Origin: Camelus ferus
Taxonomy: Eukaryota
DNA length: 64,000 nt
NCBI RefSeq assembly: GCF_009834535.1
Contig: NC_045696.1
Span: forward strand, 62,870,001-62,934,000
Reading direction: 5' to 3'
The notes beneath the pieces are model-generated. The model was given only the letters and a program-made list of their open reading frames with translations, was not told where the DNA came from and made no database searches. A program made the translations under genes and the position numbers. Below are positions 13,009 through 25,460 of the stretch, one piece after another (position 1 is the stretch's first letter; each line of letters begins with the position of its first letter).

Positions 13009-14368
13009 ACGTAGCAGTGCATTGGCTTTTCCTAGTTGCAGTTTTATCAACAGGGAAGCCCTCAAGTCCCAAAGAAGAGCTGTTGAGAAGAGTTCTAGGA
13101 TATTCCTCAGTGTGTGTATAAGAGGCAGACAGGCAGACAGAGACAGAGGTAGACAGAGAGCAGGCCTGATATGAGCACACACTTGCATGAACCTTTTCAG
13201 CATCCCTGGGCAAGTGTCACAAGTGATCTGGCACCCCTGCGTGAGCCAAGCTCTCAGGTGCGTGGGTTGGGAAATGGAGTGCCCCCTGAGATATTGTAGG
13301 GAGGAGAGCAGAGAGAGAGAGAGAGGGCAGTTAGCTTTTCCTAGGAAGGGCCACCTGATGGTTTGCTTTAACCAGCTGCAGATGGTGACTTCTCAAGTGC
13401 CTGAATCTTTGGGGAGGGGATACTGGCTGGTCAATTACCTCCAGCCTTGATGGTTAGCAGCTTCAACGGGCAGGATTTATTCTAGTTTTCTTGGGACCCT
13501 GACTCTGGTTAAGAAGATATAGGATCAAGACTGTGTGTGTCTTCTTTGGAGAGTGTCCCAGCCTCTCTGCATCTGTTTTCCCATTTGTAGAGCAGAGACA
13601 GACACTGCTACCTCTAACCTAGGCTTTGAGTGGTGGTGTTTGTGGGGGAGGGATTAGGTAGTGAGGGCAAATTAGAAACTCCTATGAAGCATTGTGAGCT
13701 CCATAAAGTTGGTTGCGAATCAAAGGTGCCCTCGATATGAATCACAGCTGCAGGGTGATGTCATCATCTGCTGACACAGAATTGATTTCCCATGCTTCTC
13801 CAGAAAATTCCAAATGGAGTCCGGGAAAATGGAACTAGCAGAGCAGAGAACACAGCTGTCTTTTCAACTGACACTCCAGGTTCATACGGGAAAGAGCCAC
13901 CATGCAGAATATCTTTTTAGCTTTGGAATATAGATTGGGTCGACTTCAAAGAAGCTTGCATATCAAAAGCATTTTGCTATTAAATTTTACAAGTGAGACC
14001 AGAAGCCATCATTTGAGACTGTGCTAGAAAGAGTGACTTGCTGGTAGAGCTCTGATCAGACTGGAGAAAGGAAATATCAAAGAGTGTGATTAATCAGATG
14101 CTTTACAGACAGGAGAGAAATGGAGGCATAGGTGAAACATTCCTGCTAAAGAATCTCAGACCTGGGAAAGAATCTTAGAAGAAGTAGATGAGGGAAGAAA
14201 CAACCTTTATTGAGCCTCTGCCACCAGCCAGGCACTGTGCTAAGTGCTCTCTAACCATGCGGCTCTAACTGTAATGTGCCCATGAGTTAGTTCCGGGACA
14301 GAGTTGGGCTTTCACTTGGGCTCTGGAAGTCACACCCAAATCCACTCTGCCTTGTGATCTCTTATAAA

Positions 14369-14665
14369 CAGTGCTCCTCAAACTTTACTTATTAATCACT
14401 TTCAATCTTGTTTAAATGAAGATTCTGATTCAGAATGTCTGTGGGGAGTCCTGAGGGTCTGTAGTTCCAGCAAGTTCCCAGGTGATGCTGATACTACTGA
14501 TTCATGGACCAGTTACCAAAGCAGAGGCCTTAGAGGTAGTTTATTCTGATTATTCACAACCTTAAATGCACGCCAGCTTTACCTGGGGGTTCCCAGATCC
14601 AGGTAATTTTTAGAAGTTCTCTAGTTCATTTTAATGTTCCTCCAAGATTGAGACTTGCTGATCTG
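14369..14665. mobile_element. Two adjacent MER5-type element fragments
   Basis: cagtgctcctcaaacttt...gattctgattcag...caagttcccaggtgatgctgat, followed by a second more degraded copy ending ccaagattgagacttgctg. Confidence 0.65.
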
Positions 14666-14929
14666 GCCCACCAGTTCTCAATCAAAGTGTGGGGTTGGTG
14701 TTGATGTATAGGTGGAGGGGTAGGATGTGACTTGTAACAGAACCATCTATGGAGTTTTTGCAAACTGTGGGGTCTGTTTATCTCTTTGTGGATATGTATA
14801 GTTTCCAAACTATACAGGACCCTCTGTTCTGAGATTCGTGTGTTTCCTGGATACACACCCTCCTGCCTACTTCCTCTTGATGTATGAGGGATGCTAAAGT
14901 CATCAGTAAGGGCCAGCTAACCCTAGAAA

Positions 14930-16920
14930 AGTCAGACATAATTCAATAAATCATTAAGAATATTTTTAAAAAATTGTCATGGCATTCAGAGAGATTAAGA
15001 TAATGCCTCCATAAAACAGAAGTAGACTTGTTTCTCAGATGTGAAAAGTCATCTGAGAAGAACAAAGACCTTGTAGAAATTCAAAGCATGATTGATACAA
15101 TTAAAAATTCAATGGGATAAGCTGAATAATGTAATGGACAAGATTGAGAACCAAACTGGTAATTTGGAGAGAATCTCCAGAATATAGAGTAAAAGTACAA
15201 GAAGATAAAATAGAGAAAAGTCAGGTGACATGGAAGATAAATCAGAAGGTTTGTAATCTGTCCAATAGGAGTTTTAATAGACAACAGACATTTAAAAAAA
15301 TAGAAGAAACATCTCCTGAACTGAAGAAAGCAGGTATCTTCAGATTGAAACAGTCGACAGAGTGCCAAGAAGGATTTATAAACCAAAGACCAACATCCAA
15401 ACACATTCTTATGGAATGACAGAATGCTAAGGATGAAATAAAATGTATAAAAACTTACAGAGCAAGGGAAAATTGGCACCCCGAAAGTAACAAGATTCAG
15501 ACTGACATGAGACTTCGTCTCATCAGCGATGCTACAAGGATGCTAGAAGCCCACGGTGTAATGTCCTCAAAGTTCTGAAGAAAAAACAGCTTTGAGTATA
15601 GAATACAGAATTTTACACTCAGCCAAACTGTCAACAAGAGGGTGGCACCCCAAATAGTCATCTTTAGAGATGGGAGAAATTACAGTATTATCATATTAGT
15701 TTCCTGTGGCTGGTGTAACAAATGACCACAAACTTGATGGCCTAAAAAAACCAAAAAATGATTCTTTCACTGTTCTGGAGGACAGAAGTCTGAAATCAGT
15801 TTCATTGGTAGGGCTGCACTCCTTCTGGTTGTAGGAGATAATCCTTCTTTCCCCCTTCCAGCTTCTGACAGTAGCTGGCACACCTTTGTTCATGACAGCA
15901 TCACTCTAGCCTTTGAGGCTCGCATCTTCAAGTCTGTCTCTGTTCCACCTTCTTATCTCCTTCTGCTCTATGTCTGTGAGATATCTCCATCTGCTTCTCT
16001 CTTATAAGGACACCTATGATTGCATCCAGGGCACATTTGGACAATCTCCCCATCTCAAAATCCTTAACTTGATTACATCTGCAAAGACCCCCATTTTGCC
16101 ATATAAGGTAACATTTACAGGTTCACAGGATGAGGATACGGATGTCTCTCGGGAAGCCATATTTCAACCTACCACCAGTGGTGACTGGTAAGCATACACC
16201 CTAAGTGAAAACAAACTTTGAGGAAACACTCTAGCAAAACTGAAAAGGAATTTAAAAAAGAAGATAATATGAGAGCCAAGGAAAAGTACAGCTGAAACTG
16301 ATCCAGAAGAAGTGACACAAGCTGAAAGGACATGATGAGTCTCCGCTAGACTTGTTGCTTCATAGGAAAGCCTCTTAGACCATCCAAGGCACACGACCAT
16401 GAGTACACTGTCATCTTCTCTGTAGACCCAGGCCTCAGCGAACAGTGTTCATAGGGTCACAGTGCTTGCTCTTTACAGGTTTCAGCCTTGAGAATTACCC
16501 TATGGACAAAATGTGGAACACTTACTTATAGCTACAGAACAGAGTATAAATGTTATAAACCTTGAAATTATAAATAAATAAATATATATAAATAATTTAA
16601 CTATATATATAATAAAATTGAGAGCTAGAGAGAGGTAGGAAAGAGAGGTCCACTGCTTCTGTCAACTTTCATAGCAGGGAGTTAATGAATGCTGCATAAA
16701 GTGAATAAATCCAGACAGATTTTTAGGTAGATTGCTGATAGTAATAAAAGTTACCACTGAAAGAACAAAAAAGATTAATATAAGTAAGCAAATTAGGAGG
16801 TAAAGTGGTGTGGAGAGGTGGGAGGTGGTGTCAATGTGCTGAATTCCTAGTCCCAAATAAAGGGCAGCAATAGGTAAGCAAAAATCAAGATATAGTTGTG
16901 TTTTTTTAAATTATAATAGG
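14930..16920 (+). mobile_element. HAL1/L1ME-type ORF1 remnant and downstream sequence, split by an MLT1 LTR
   Basis: A-rich strand; ORF 15144-15419 ends in ORF1-like PELKK...RPTSKHILME; aatgtcctcaaagttctgaagaaaa; the element resumes after 16180. Confidence 0.65.
15692..16177 (-). mobile_element. ERVL-MaLR solo LTR (MLT1B/C-like)
   Basis: tattagtttcctgtggctggtgtaacaaatgaccacaaactt...ctcttataaggacacc...attacatctgcaaagacc...tttcaacctaccac. Confidence 0.88.
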
Positions 16921-17024
16921 GATTACCACAAGCCCTATGGGGACTGAGAGCCTTCCTCAAACATTTGGAGGCTGCCATGAGGCCAGAGAGCACAGAAATT
17001 TTTTGAGGCCCCAGGTGTTAGAAT

Positions 17025-17135
17025 TAGGACCAGGTAGAAGGACTTCCGCTCATTATAAGGAGCACAGAGGTGGAATGGGCATCCTCAGGACGTAGTGAGT
17101 TCCCCGTCACTGGAGGTGTTCTAGACCAATGTTTG
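17025..17135 (+). mobile_element. CR1/L3 (or MIR3) 3' fragment
   Basis: gaggtggaatggg...gtagtgagttccccgtcactggaggtgttc is the characteristic L3 3' motif. Confidence 0.6.
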
Positions 17136-17174
17136 GGGGAACTGCAGAGAGAAACAGCACAAAAAGACAATATG

Positions 17175-17400
17175 AAATTTGGAATCAGGTGGCTATGGAG
17201 TCTAATACTTGTCAATGCCTTTTAGTGATAGTGTGACATTGAGCAAGGCAAATATTGTAACCTCTCCGAGTCCCAGTTTCCCTCATTTGAAAACAGAATT
17301 AAAAATTGCAAGTTTATCATGTTGTTACAAGTGAAATACTCCATGGAAAAATCAGCCAGTACAGTGCCTGGCATTTAGTAAGTCTTGAAAAAATGGCAGA
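17175..17400 (+). mobile_element. MIR SINE
   Basis: gtgtgacattgagcaag...aacctctccgagtcccagtttccctcatttgaaaa...acagtgcctggcatttagtaagt. Confidence 0.75.
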
Positions 17401-18981
17401 TGACATCACAGAGGGCACTAGATGGCATGTGGGAGAGAATAAGCCAGATCACCTATGGGGGGGGGGGTCCCTCCATCCTGAGATTCCTGGGCCTTTGGAA
17501 GCAGAGATTGTCTCCTGTCTGAAGCTGGAGGACTCCAGGTCCTGAGCCCTCCATTCCATTTCTACTATGGGGGCCGCAAAGCCCGGTCTAGGGTGGCTGC
17601 TTTCTCACCTTGCCAACTGGAGCCTGGGGAATATCTGGATCGTACCATGAGTCAGGGGTCAAAGAGGAGAGGGGGCCATCTGCCGAGAGGGTGACAACAT
17701 GATCTGGGGTATCCCTTCAAAGGAGTATTAGGAGGCTTGGAAAATTACTGTGGATTAAGACATTTGAAACTCTTGGGAGAGAGAAGCCCCCTAAGAGGCA
17801 AGCCAGCATATCCCATTCAGCACCATGGGATGTGCAGATTTCCAGCTCAGCCTGTGCCCTTCCTGCCATCCGCCGGGGCCATGACATGACAGTGCATTCT
17901 CAGCCACGGGCGTCATGGCACAGCCCTGATGGATTCTCCAGCCCAGACATGCAGGCAGACGCCGTGCTCTCCCAGGGCCATGACCATGAGCCATTTATAA
18001 AGGCAGTTTCCACATCATCACGTCACTGTCCCTGCAGGGACACGACCTGCCACAGAGCCAGAAACCTGCACCCCAAACCTTAGCTCCAAAGCAAACATCA
18101 CAGAAGGGGAGAGGGTGAGATGTTCTGTTTTCCTTCTAAAGCATTTAACTATGAGTAGTCATGTTCCAACAGAACCCTTTTTTTTCCACACAGGAAAGTT
18201 ATGGCATCCTTGTCACCTCAAGGCCCTTGGTGTCAGGACCAGGGGCTCAGCCAGGGCCCAGGACACTCTCAGAAGCCTTGGGTTTGGTCACGCCCAGCAA
18301 GGGCACATCATGACAAGAGGTTTCAGGAGACCCAAGGAGCATGAGTGTCCTCCTCTAACCCAATAATTCATAAGCAGATTTTTCAGAAAACACCAACAGA
18401 GCCTTGGTCCCCTCACTTGCTGTCCCTTCTGGGAAGCCAGAGGTCGTTCAGCAGATGTTGGGTGACCCTGATTACCGTGAGGGAATTGGGAGAAGGTGGA
18501 TGCCAAGATTGAAGAAATCTAGGAGGCTTTCCAGTTGTCCTGCCCATTTCATGCTGTACATTTCCTAAAGGTCAGACACACCCTTGTTCACTGTGCACGA
18601 CTGAGCTAAATGAACTTGGGGGATTTACACTCCAGGGGTTACCACTGCATGGCTCCTTCTCATCCAGGGCAGTGGGGACAGGGAGCTGGCTTTCTTCATC
18701 CCTCTGCTTGCCCTCTGAGGCCATTCCCAACAACCTTCCCTAAGTCGTAGTGTTGTGTGTGGATACTGTAGCCTCTGCCAGACTTGGGGGAGCAGAGATC
18801 TTATCTCAACACTGGGTGCCCTCCCTCCACCCCACCAAGAACCAAGCCAGCAGCTAACAGTTTACTGAATTTGTTTAAGAATGAACAGATGCGCGGGCAC
18901 CTCCCTTTCATTTCTTTGTGGAGTACAGGGACAGGGGGCCCCTGAAGCTACTGAGGGCAGGCATGTCTGGTGGTCTGAGCC

Positions 18982-19205
18982 AGGGCATAGGGTAGTGTTG
19001 AACCACACAGGCTTTGGAGTCAGACAAGCGTGGGTCTAAATCCTGGCTCTGCACTCAATGACCGTACGACCTTGGCCATGATACTGAACAACCTTGAGCC
19101 TTGGTTTCCTCATCTGTTAGATGGGTCTAGTAAGCTGAGAGGTGAAGCACAAAGTGCAGGAGAAGCCTGGAGCGTGGTGCCTGGTACCCAGTGAGTGGTG
19201 ATCAG
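18982..19205 (+). mobile_element. MIR SINE
   Basis: ggctttggagtcagac...aaatcctggctctgc...gaccttgg...gagccttggtttcctcatctgt. Confidence 0.85.
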
Positions 19206-19234
19206 CGCCACAGTGTGTGTGGTGGGGTTTGGGG

Positions 19235-19255
19235 ACACACACACACACACACACA
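19235..19255. repeat. (AC)n microsatellite
   Basis: Directly visible. Confidence 0.9.
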
Positions 19256-21864
19256 GAAACATGGTTTTCAAAACGTTTCAGTAAGGAAGTTAGGAAAAAT
19301 AATTATCACTAAAGGGCATATTTAACTAACTTTTCTAGTGTTATTCAGGCTCCCAGCTCCTCAAAAGTGGGAGTGAGGTGCTGACGAGTGAGCGGCAGCC
19401 ACTGTGAACTTTCAGCTAAAAACTTCAGTTATCTGCTGGATGGTCCTCACTCGCCCCACCCTTTCTCCTTCCACACAGTATATCTGCCTACACAAGAGCT
19501 AAAAGGACATGCTCAGGCTGACAGTAAAGAGAAGTGAGGGGCAATTCCACTGAGCTGGTTCTGCTGTGTGTGCAGCCCAGGGCTATAGGCAGGAAAACGT
19601 AGACCCATCTGAACTTGAGTTGACTTGAGGCCGTGTGAGGCAGGAGACCAGCTCTGCTCTCAGCTGGTTATGTGAGCCTTGGCGATTCCCAGGGTTCCTT
19701 CTACTCACCTCTATGGAATGGTAGACACGGAGCTCAGCTATGACCCAGGCATGGTGACAGGTCCTGAAGCCAGAGAAACAAAGAAGCCCCACAACTGTCC
19801 ACAGATATCTGCAGGTCTGGACCAACACCCCCATCCAGTGGGCTGGCTGAGGTGGTGGCAGTTCATCAGTGTACGGAAGCTGCTGGGGCAGGATTAACTC
19901 CTCGCTGGGAGGACGGATGGGGGATGACTTCAAAGAGGAGGTGATGGAGGCTTGGCAAGACCAGACCCCTGGTGTCCTGACTCCCAGTTAAGCAGGACTC
20001 CACGCACCTCCGTGAAGCTCTCCCTCCGGCTCCCCAGCCCGGGGCTGGCGGCCCTCCACCCCTCCTGGTTCCTCCTCCAACACTAACTTGCCTTGGGCAG
20101 GTCAAGCAGCAGCTGGGCCCCTCCTCCGCACTCTCTGGCTGGAAGATGACTGATGCCCCCCTGGGGAACTACAAAGTCCTGCCAGGGTCAGGAGTGAAGG
20201 TCAGCATGTCCAAGGAGGGTTCATGGTCCTGGAGACCAGATGTAGGCTAAGCCAGCTGTGGGAGGAGACAGCTGAGCCCCTGGGCTGCCCAGAAGAGGAA
20301 TGGTGCCCACGGTACAGAGGCATCTTGCTCTCTTCTGGGCAGGTCGGGCCACATCAGGGATGTCAGGTGAGGCTCTGAGCATCACCAAGTAGGAGGGACG
20401 TGAAATCCTGGGCTGCTTCCAGATGGTGAGGGCCAGAAACCAGGTCATTTGAGGAAGGTTGAGGATGCATGGGGGTGGAGGTGGGTGAGGAAAGATGAGA
20501 GAGCTGCCCTCCAGGCCTGAAGGGCATTCTTGGGAAGAGCCAGCTGCAGAATGCTCTGAGGCTCTGTAGTAATGAGCCAGGATGGGTGGGCAGAGTTACA
20601 AGCAAGCAGCATACAACTCGCTATTAAGTTCTTTATTTTCCCAGGGTGGCCGAGGATGCCATATGCTGCTTTGGAAGGTAGTGAGCTACCTGCTCCCAGA
20701 GATGCTCTACCAAATACAGAGTGTCTCATCAAGGACGAGGTGGAAGAGATTCACACATCATTGAATTGTGATTGGACCAAGGATGCGCAATTGTCTTATT
20801 TTAATCCTGAGTTTCTCTGATTTTACTCTTAAAACAGACCTTATGAAATGGGCACAACTCATGAAAGTGGGACCCTCTCGTTCCCTCTGACTGTGGGATA
20901 ACAACATTTAAAGATTCCTCTCCCCACCAAGGGCTCTTTCTTCCTCCCTTCCCTTTGTCACCCCATCGGGGGGCCAGACGGGCCTTGAAAGTACAAAGCC
21001 ACCCAGGACTGACTTTGCCCTTTCCAGAGTCCTTGCCAGCCTGAGCAAGGCCACCAGGCAGCCTCTGGGCCAGTGTCCCAAATTTGGGAGCCACAAACGA
21101 TGTCTTTAATTCATTTCTCTGTAACAAGCAATGTCCCCTCTGGCATCACACCCCTTTGAAGCCCTCCTTGTTTTGAAATATTTTCACATTCAATTTCCTT
21201 TCCCATCTCAAAAGATGAAAAAAGCAAAAGTTTTTTTAATTGTCCATCCCAAAATTTTCCTTCCTTATCAGTTTCGATTGGACTGTTCCATATCACCCCC
21301 CCGTTTCGCATTGCAGTGCCCTGGGAATTAGCACGCCTCTCTTTTATTAATTCAGTAATTGGCATTTCCCAATAAAGTTGAGGGTTGTATGGAAAGATGG
21401 AGAGTCAACACTCTCAAGCCCCAAGAAATTGCTGAACATTGAGGGCAGGGTGGGGAATAAAGGAACCAGTGCTACCCATTCCAGGATTCTGCAAAACAGG
21501 TCGCTTCTGTCTAGGCTACTGAGAAAGATTTAACAAACGCCCTGACAGGATGATGGGCACAGTAGGGGATGTACCTGCAATTCACACTCTTTCTGTTAGC
21601 GCCAAATTGCCTGGAGAAGCCCCAAGATTGTTGCTGCTAAAATAATGGGGACCACAGCAAGAGGCCGTGGAGTGCCTGGGAGGAAGGGTTGATGACTAAA
21701 GGGTGTGAGTCCTCAGACAGAGGGAAGCTGTGCCAACCCGAGCAGAACTGCAGAACCTGTATGGGGGGTGGGGGTGGGGTGAAGGGAAAGGAGAGCTGGG
21801 GGAAGCATCTGATTCTAGCACTGGGGGCTGAAAAACACGGGATTTGGCTCATTTGACCCAGGCT

Positions 21865-22095
21865 GCCTCTACAACAACGCTGACCACTGACCACTCTGCT
21901 ACCACCTGAGTTTAGTCCCTCATTTTTCCTCCTCTGGATTGAGAACACCCTCCTAACTGGTCTCCTTGCCTCCAGACTGGGCTCACAGTTCTCTTTGCAA
22001 CCCCTCCAGCTCCTAATCCACCATCCAGCTTGATCTTATCTAATCGCTCCCCGGCCTCCAATGTACCCCATCTCCTTCCAGGAGACTCCAGACCT
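21865..22095 (+). mobile_element. L2 fragment
   Basis: ctcctaactggtctccttgcctccag and flanks typical of L2. Confidence 0.65.
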
Positions 22096-22599
22096 ATCTC
22101 TGAATGACTGGATGGATTAACTAATGAATAACTAGGAGGGAGGGGGTCACGCACAGTACGCACACAACTCGTACTTTGGGGGATTTGGGCCCTAGGCATT
22201 AGGGAGCTGGGAGAGGCTGTCAGGCAGGGAAGGACATGGTCAAAACTGGTCAGAGGGAGAGGAGACTGGACTGGAGTCAGGAGACCTGGGTTCTGATTCC
22301 TCTCCCTGTGATGAGGGTCAGAGGCTGGCCTCTGCTCCCTTCCACATCTGACATTACGTAGCTCACGCTCCCCCTGTGCAGCTCTCTGGGCTGCCCTGAG
22401 AATCAGGGGGGACATCGGTTGTGAGAGTCGTGAGAATCCAAGCCAAACAATCTGAGAGAGAGAAAGAGAGAGTCTAGAGAAAGCCCAGCCACCACTGCAG
22501 GCCACACACGTTCACATGGAGGACACTGCAAACCCACTGCCCTGAGGCTTCTGGTTTTCAGGTGCAGAGCAGAAAGGCTGTTCTCACATGCCTGAGCCC

Positions 22600-23414
22600 A
22601 AATCACCTTTCACGTTAATTAACCCATCCCTCATGAAGAGGTTTTTCCCCGTTGCTGAAAGGCCCTGAGTTCCTGACCCTCTCTACTCCATTCCATTTCA
22701 TCTTGCACACTGGCCAGTTCTTTCCTGAGCTCATTTTTTCTTGTGCTATCTTGCTGAAAGCAGCCCATGACAATCAGCTCACAGCATGGATAGTCTCATT
22801 TCCATCCTCTTCCCCGTAAGAACGTGTTTTTGACTTCTAAGTTACCATAGGCAACAGTTTTTACCCAATGTTTGGTCTAAACATAAGGATCTCTAGTTAC
22901 CTAACCTGCCACAGCTCTTTCCTCCCTCTTCAGCCAAGATCTCCTTTTTTAGTATTCCTTACCAAGTGCACCACTTCAAGAAACTTGTATTATTTGACAG
23001 ATGCTAATTGCTGAAAAAAAAAAAGCAGTCAAATCTCAGTGAACATCACAATTGATACAAAGTAAAAGTTTGTTCCCAGAACAATGTTGACTTGAGGTGG
23101 GCAGTGGGCGTGGGAGGGGAGAGAGCTCTGGTCCATGTTGCCACTCAGGGACCCAGGTTCCTTCCACTGTGTGGCTCAGGTATGTGTTAGTGCCCTGGAC
23201 CCCTTCACAGGATTCTGGAGGCTAGTTGGCAGGTGAGGGAAGAGCAATCATGAAGAAGCTCATGGGAAGATTTTAGGGTGAGCCTGCGAGTGCTTGTCCA
23301 TTGGCAAGAACTAGTTACATGGCTCCACTAGACACAAGAGCTCTTGGATATTGGGTCTACTGGTAGTCCAGGAAGAAAGGGAGACAGATATTGGTCCCAG
23401 GAACATTCTCTACA
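22600..23414 (-). mobile_element. MLT1J-like LTR (22986-23414) with adjoining MaLR internal sequence (~22600-22985)
   Basis: LTR runs tgtatt...actcagggacccagg...ccattggcaagaactagttacatggc...ctaca; the junction gcaccacttcaagaaact|tgtatt resembles the MaLR internal/LTR junction. Confidence 0.65.
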
Positions 23415-23894
23415 GGTTCCTTCCATTCCCCCATGCTGTGGGTGTGATGCACACAGAGGTACACACCCAGTTCTCCCTTTAATGAAGACTTTGTTGCCCC
23501 AGCCTCAGGCAGGGCTAGCTACTCCCAGTCTTCAACTGGCAGCCCCTTTGGGAATCACCCCAGCTGCAAAGAGCCACCATGCCCAAGGTCACGTCCTTCC
23601 TGAGTTGGCCCACATCCAATGACTGATCAAGGTAGGAGTACAATGGTGGGTTATTCCGACCTAAAAAAGGACAGCTCTGGTGTGGGAACTTTAGCTCCAG
23701 ATCCCCGCAGGGTTGGCCGATGCTGTTGTTGGGTCTGCTTTGTAGCTGGACTTCTCCTCTGCCCAGTAGGTCTTTCCCCTCCTTTCCACAGGCACCAGGC
23801 ACGAGGGCACTCCCATCCTTGGACAGCTAATCCTGCATCAATGGGTGTCTATGGTAAGCACTTCTATCAGGGTTCTTTACTATTAATGTCCTAT

Positions 23895-24140
23895 TCTGTT
23901 TTTTCCTGCGATGGCCCCGGCACCTGTAACAGCCCTGGACATACAGTGTGTGCTCACTAAAACGTATGCTTAAGTGAATGTCTATTGAATTGTATTTGTA
24001 CACCTGTCACTCTCCTTTGCTGGCCCATCCGTTCCTCAAGGACAAGGCCTATATGGTCATCTTCAGTGTGACATCAGCTCTTAGCTAAGTACCTGCCATG
24101 TAATCATTGCTCAGAAAATGTTTTTGGTGAATACATAAAT
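23895..24140 (+). mobile_element. Two L2 3'-end fragments
   Basis: ccccggcacctgtaacagccctggacatacagtgtgtgctcactaaa...gtgaatg and agtacctgccatgtaatcattgctcagaaaatgtttttggtgaat. Confidence 0.6.
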
Positions 24141-25044
24141 AGTGTGACTAATTGGAGAATGGAGGGTAAGCTCTCCCTAGAGCAGAATGTCTATGTAGGA
24201 AAGTCTTGGGGTGAAAAACCAGTGGAGAGGGTGTGAATGTCTGGTGATTTGTCTTGAGCTGATATTTGCTAAATGCGTGTCCTTTTCATTTAGTGTATAT
24301 TTATTTGAGGTAGACAATGGAGATAGTTAGGGGATAAAGCCTGCTCAAGCTGCCTTTGGCTGGGCCATCATCCGAGCTGAAGGGATTCCACTGAGGGCTG
24401 AAGGCTGGAAGCCTGTGGGAGTAGGGGGAGGGGTGGGAGGAGAGAGCTGCCTCTCCACATGCATTTTCTGAGCACACAGGCCTAGCATTGGGGCTCCGGG
24501 GAAGAGTGGGCTCCAGAGGCTGCGGGCCTGTTCCTTAGGACGCTTGGCAAGAAAACTGAGGAGACAAGGCAAATTCATCATGAAAAATTAAACACCACTG
24601 GGATGGTGAACCAAGACAATACAAATAGACAGGATACAGGACCTGTTAGAGGTCACCTCAGAGGCCAAGAAGAAACTCGGCAGAGGGCCACTGCTCTGAA
24701 TTGAGGCAATTTGTTGTCTGTTCCATTTTCAGCACCATAGACCCACATATAGAGATGGATGTCAGGAGAGAAAAGGGGATACCTAAAAGTTATAGATGAG
24801 GTTGGAATAAATAGAATAGGTGATTGATGCGAGAGACTAGAAAAGCCAAAAGACACGTGACAAGATAGAGGAATGAGAAATTATGGAAAGTGAGGGAGAG
24901 ACGGAGGCAGAGAAGAGAAATGAGTGAAAGAGACTTTTCAGCCAGACCTCAGGCTGGGTCCCCGCCATCCTTTCAGCCCAGTGCTGCTCCTCAAGTATAT
25001 ACCCCAGCCTTGTTGGGATTCCAGAAGGTTGAAGCACAGACCCT

Positions 25045-25460
25045 GTGCCAGCCCCGTGGCCTGAGCGCGCCCCCTCCTCCTCGCCGCCCAGGCCCCCGCC
25101 CGGTCTCCCGCCTCCCGAGAGCCCTGCAGCGCCCCTCTCCCTGGGCCTCCAGCCTTGGGCGTGGAGTCGCTCAGACGCCTCCCCCTCTATTCTGCTTGAC
25201 TCTTCCTCTTCGTCTTCCCTTCTCTAGCTCTTGTCTTACTCCCGACCCTGCGATCCCGAAATGCCCACTGGGGAATCAAGGAGCCAGGCGTTCTCTGCCT
25301 CTTCTGCAAATGGTGAAAATGCCACACCCAAGACTGGGAGCAGGACCTGACAGGCCCGCGTTCTCTTCCAGGGGGGGAAAGGCCGTGCTTAATCAAGCCC
25401 AGAGCAGCTTCTGCTGTGAGCGGATCCTGTGACCCCCCACCCCCCAGTGGGCACGTGCCT
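25045..25460. promoter_or_regulatory. Small CpG-rich element (orphan promoter or enhancer candidate)
   Basis: Dense CpG (gagcgcgccc, tcgccgccc); GC box ccccgccc at 25094-25101; E-box gcacgtgc at 25451-25458. Confidence 0.45.
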
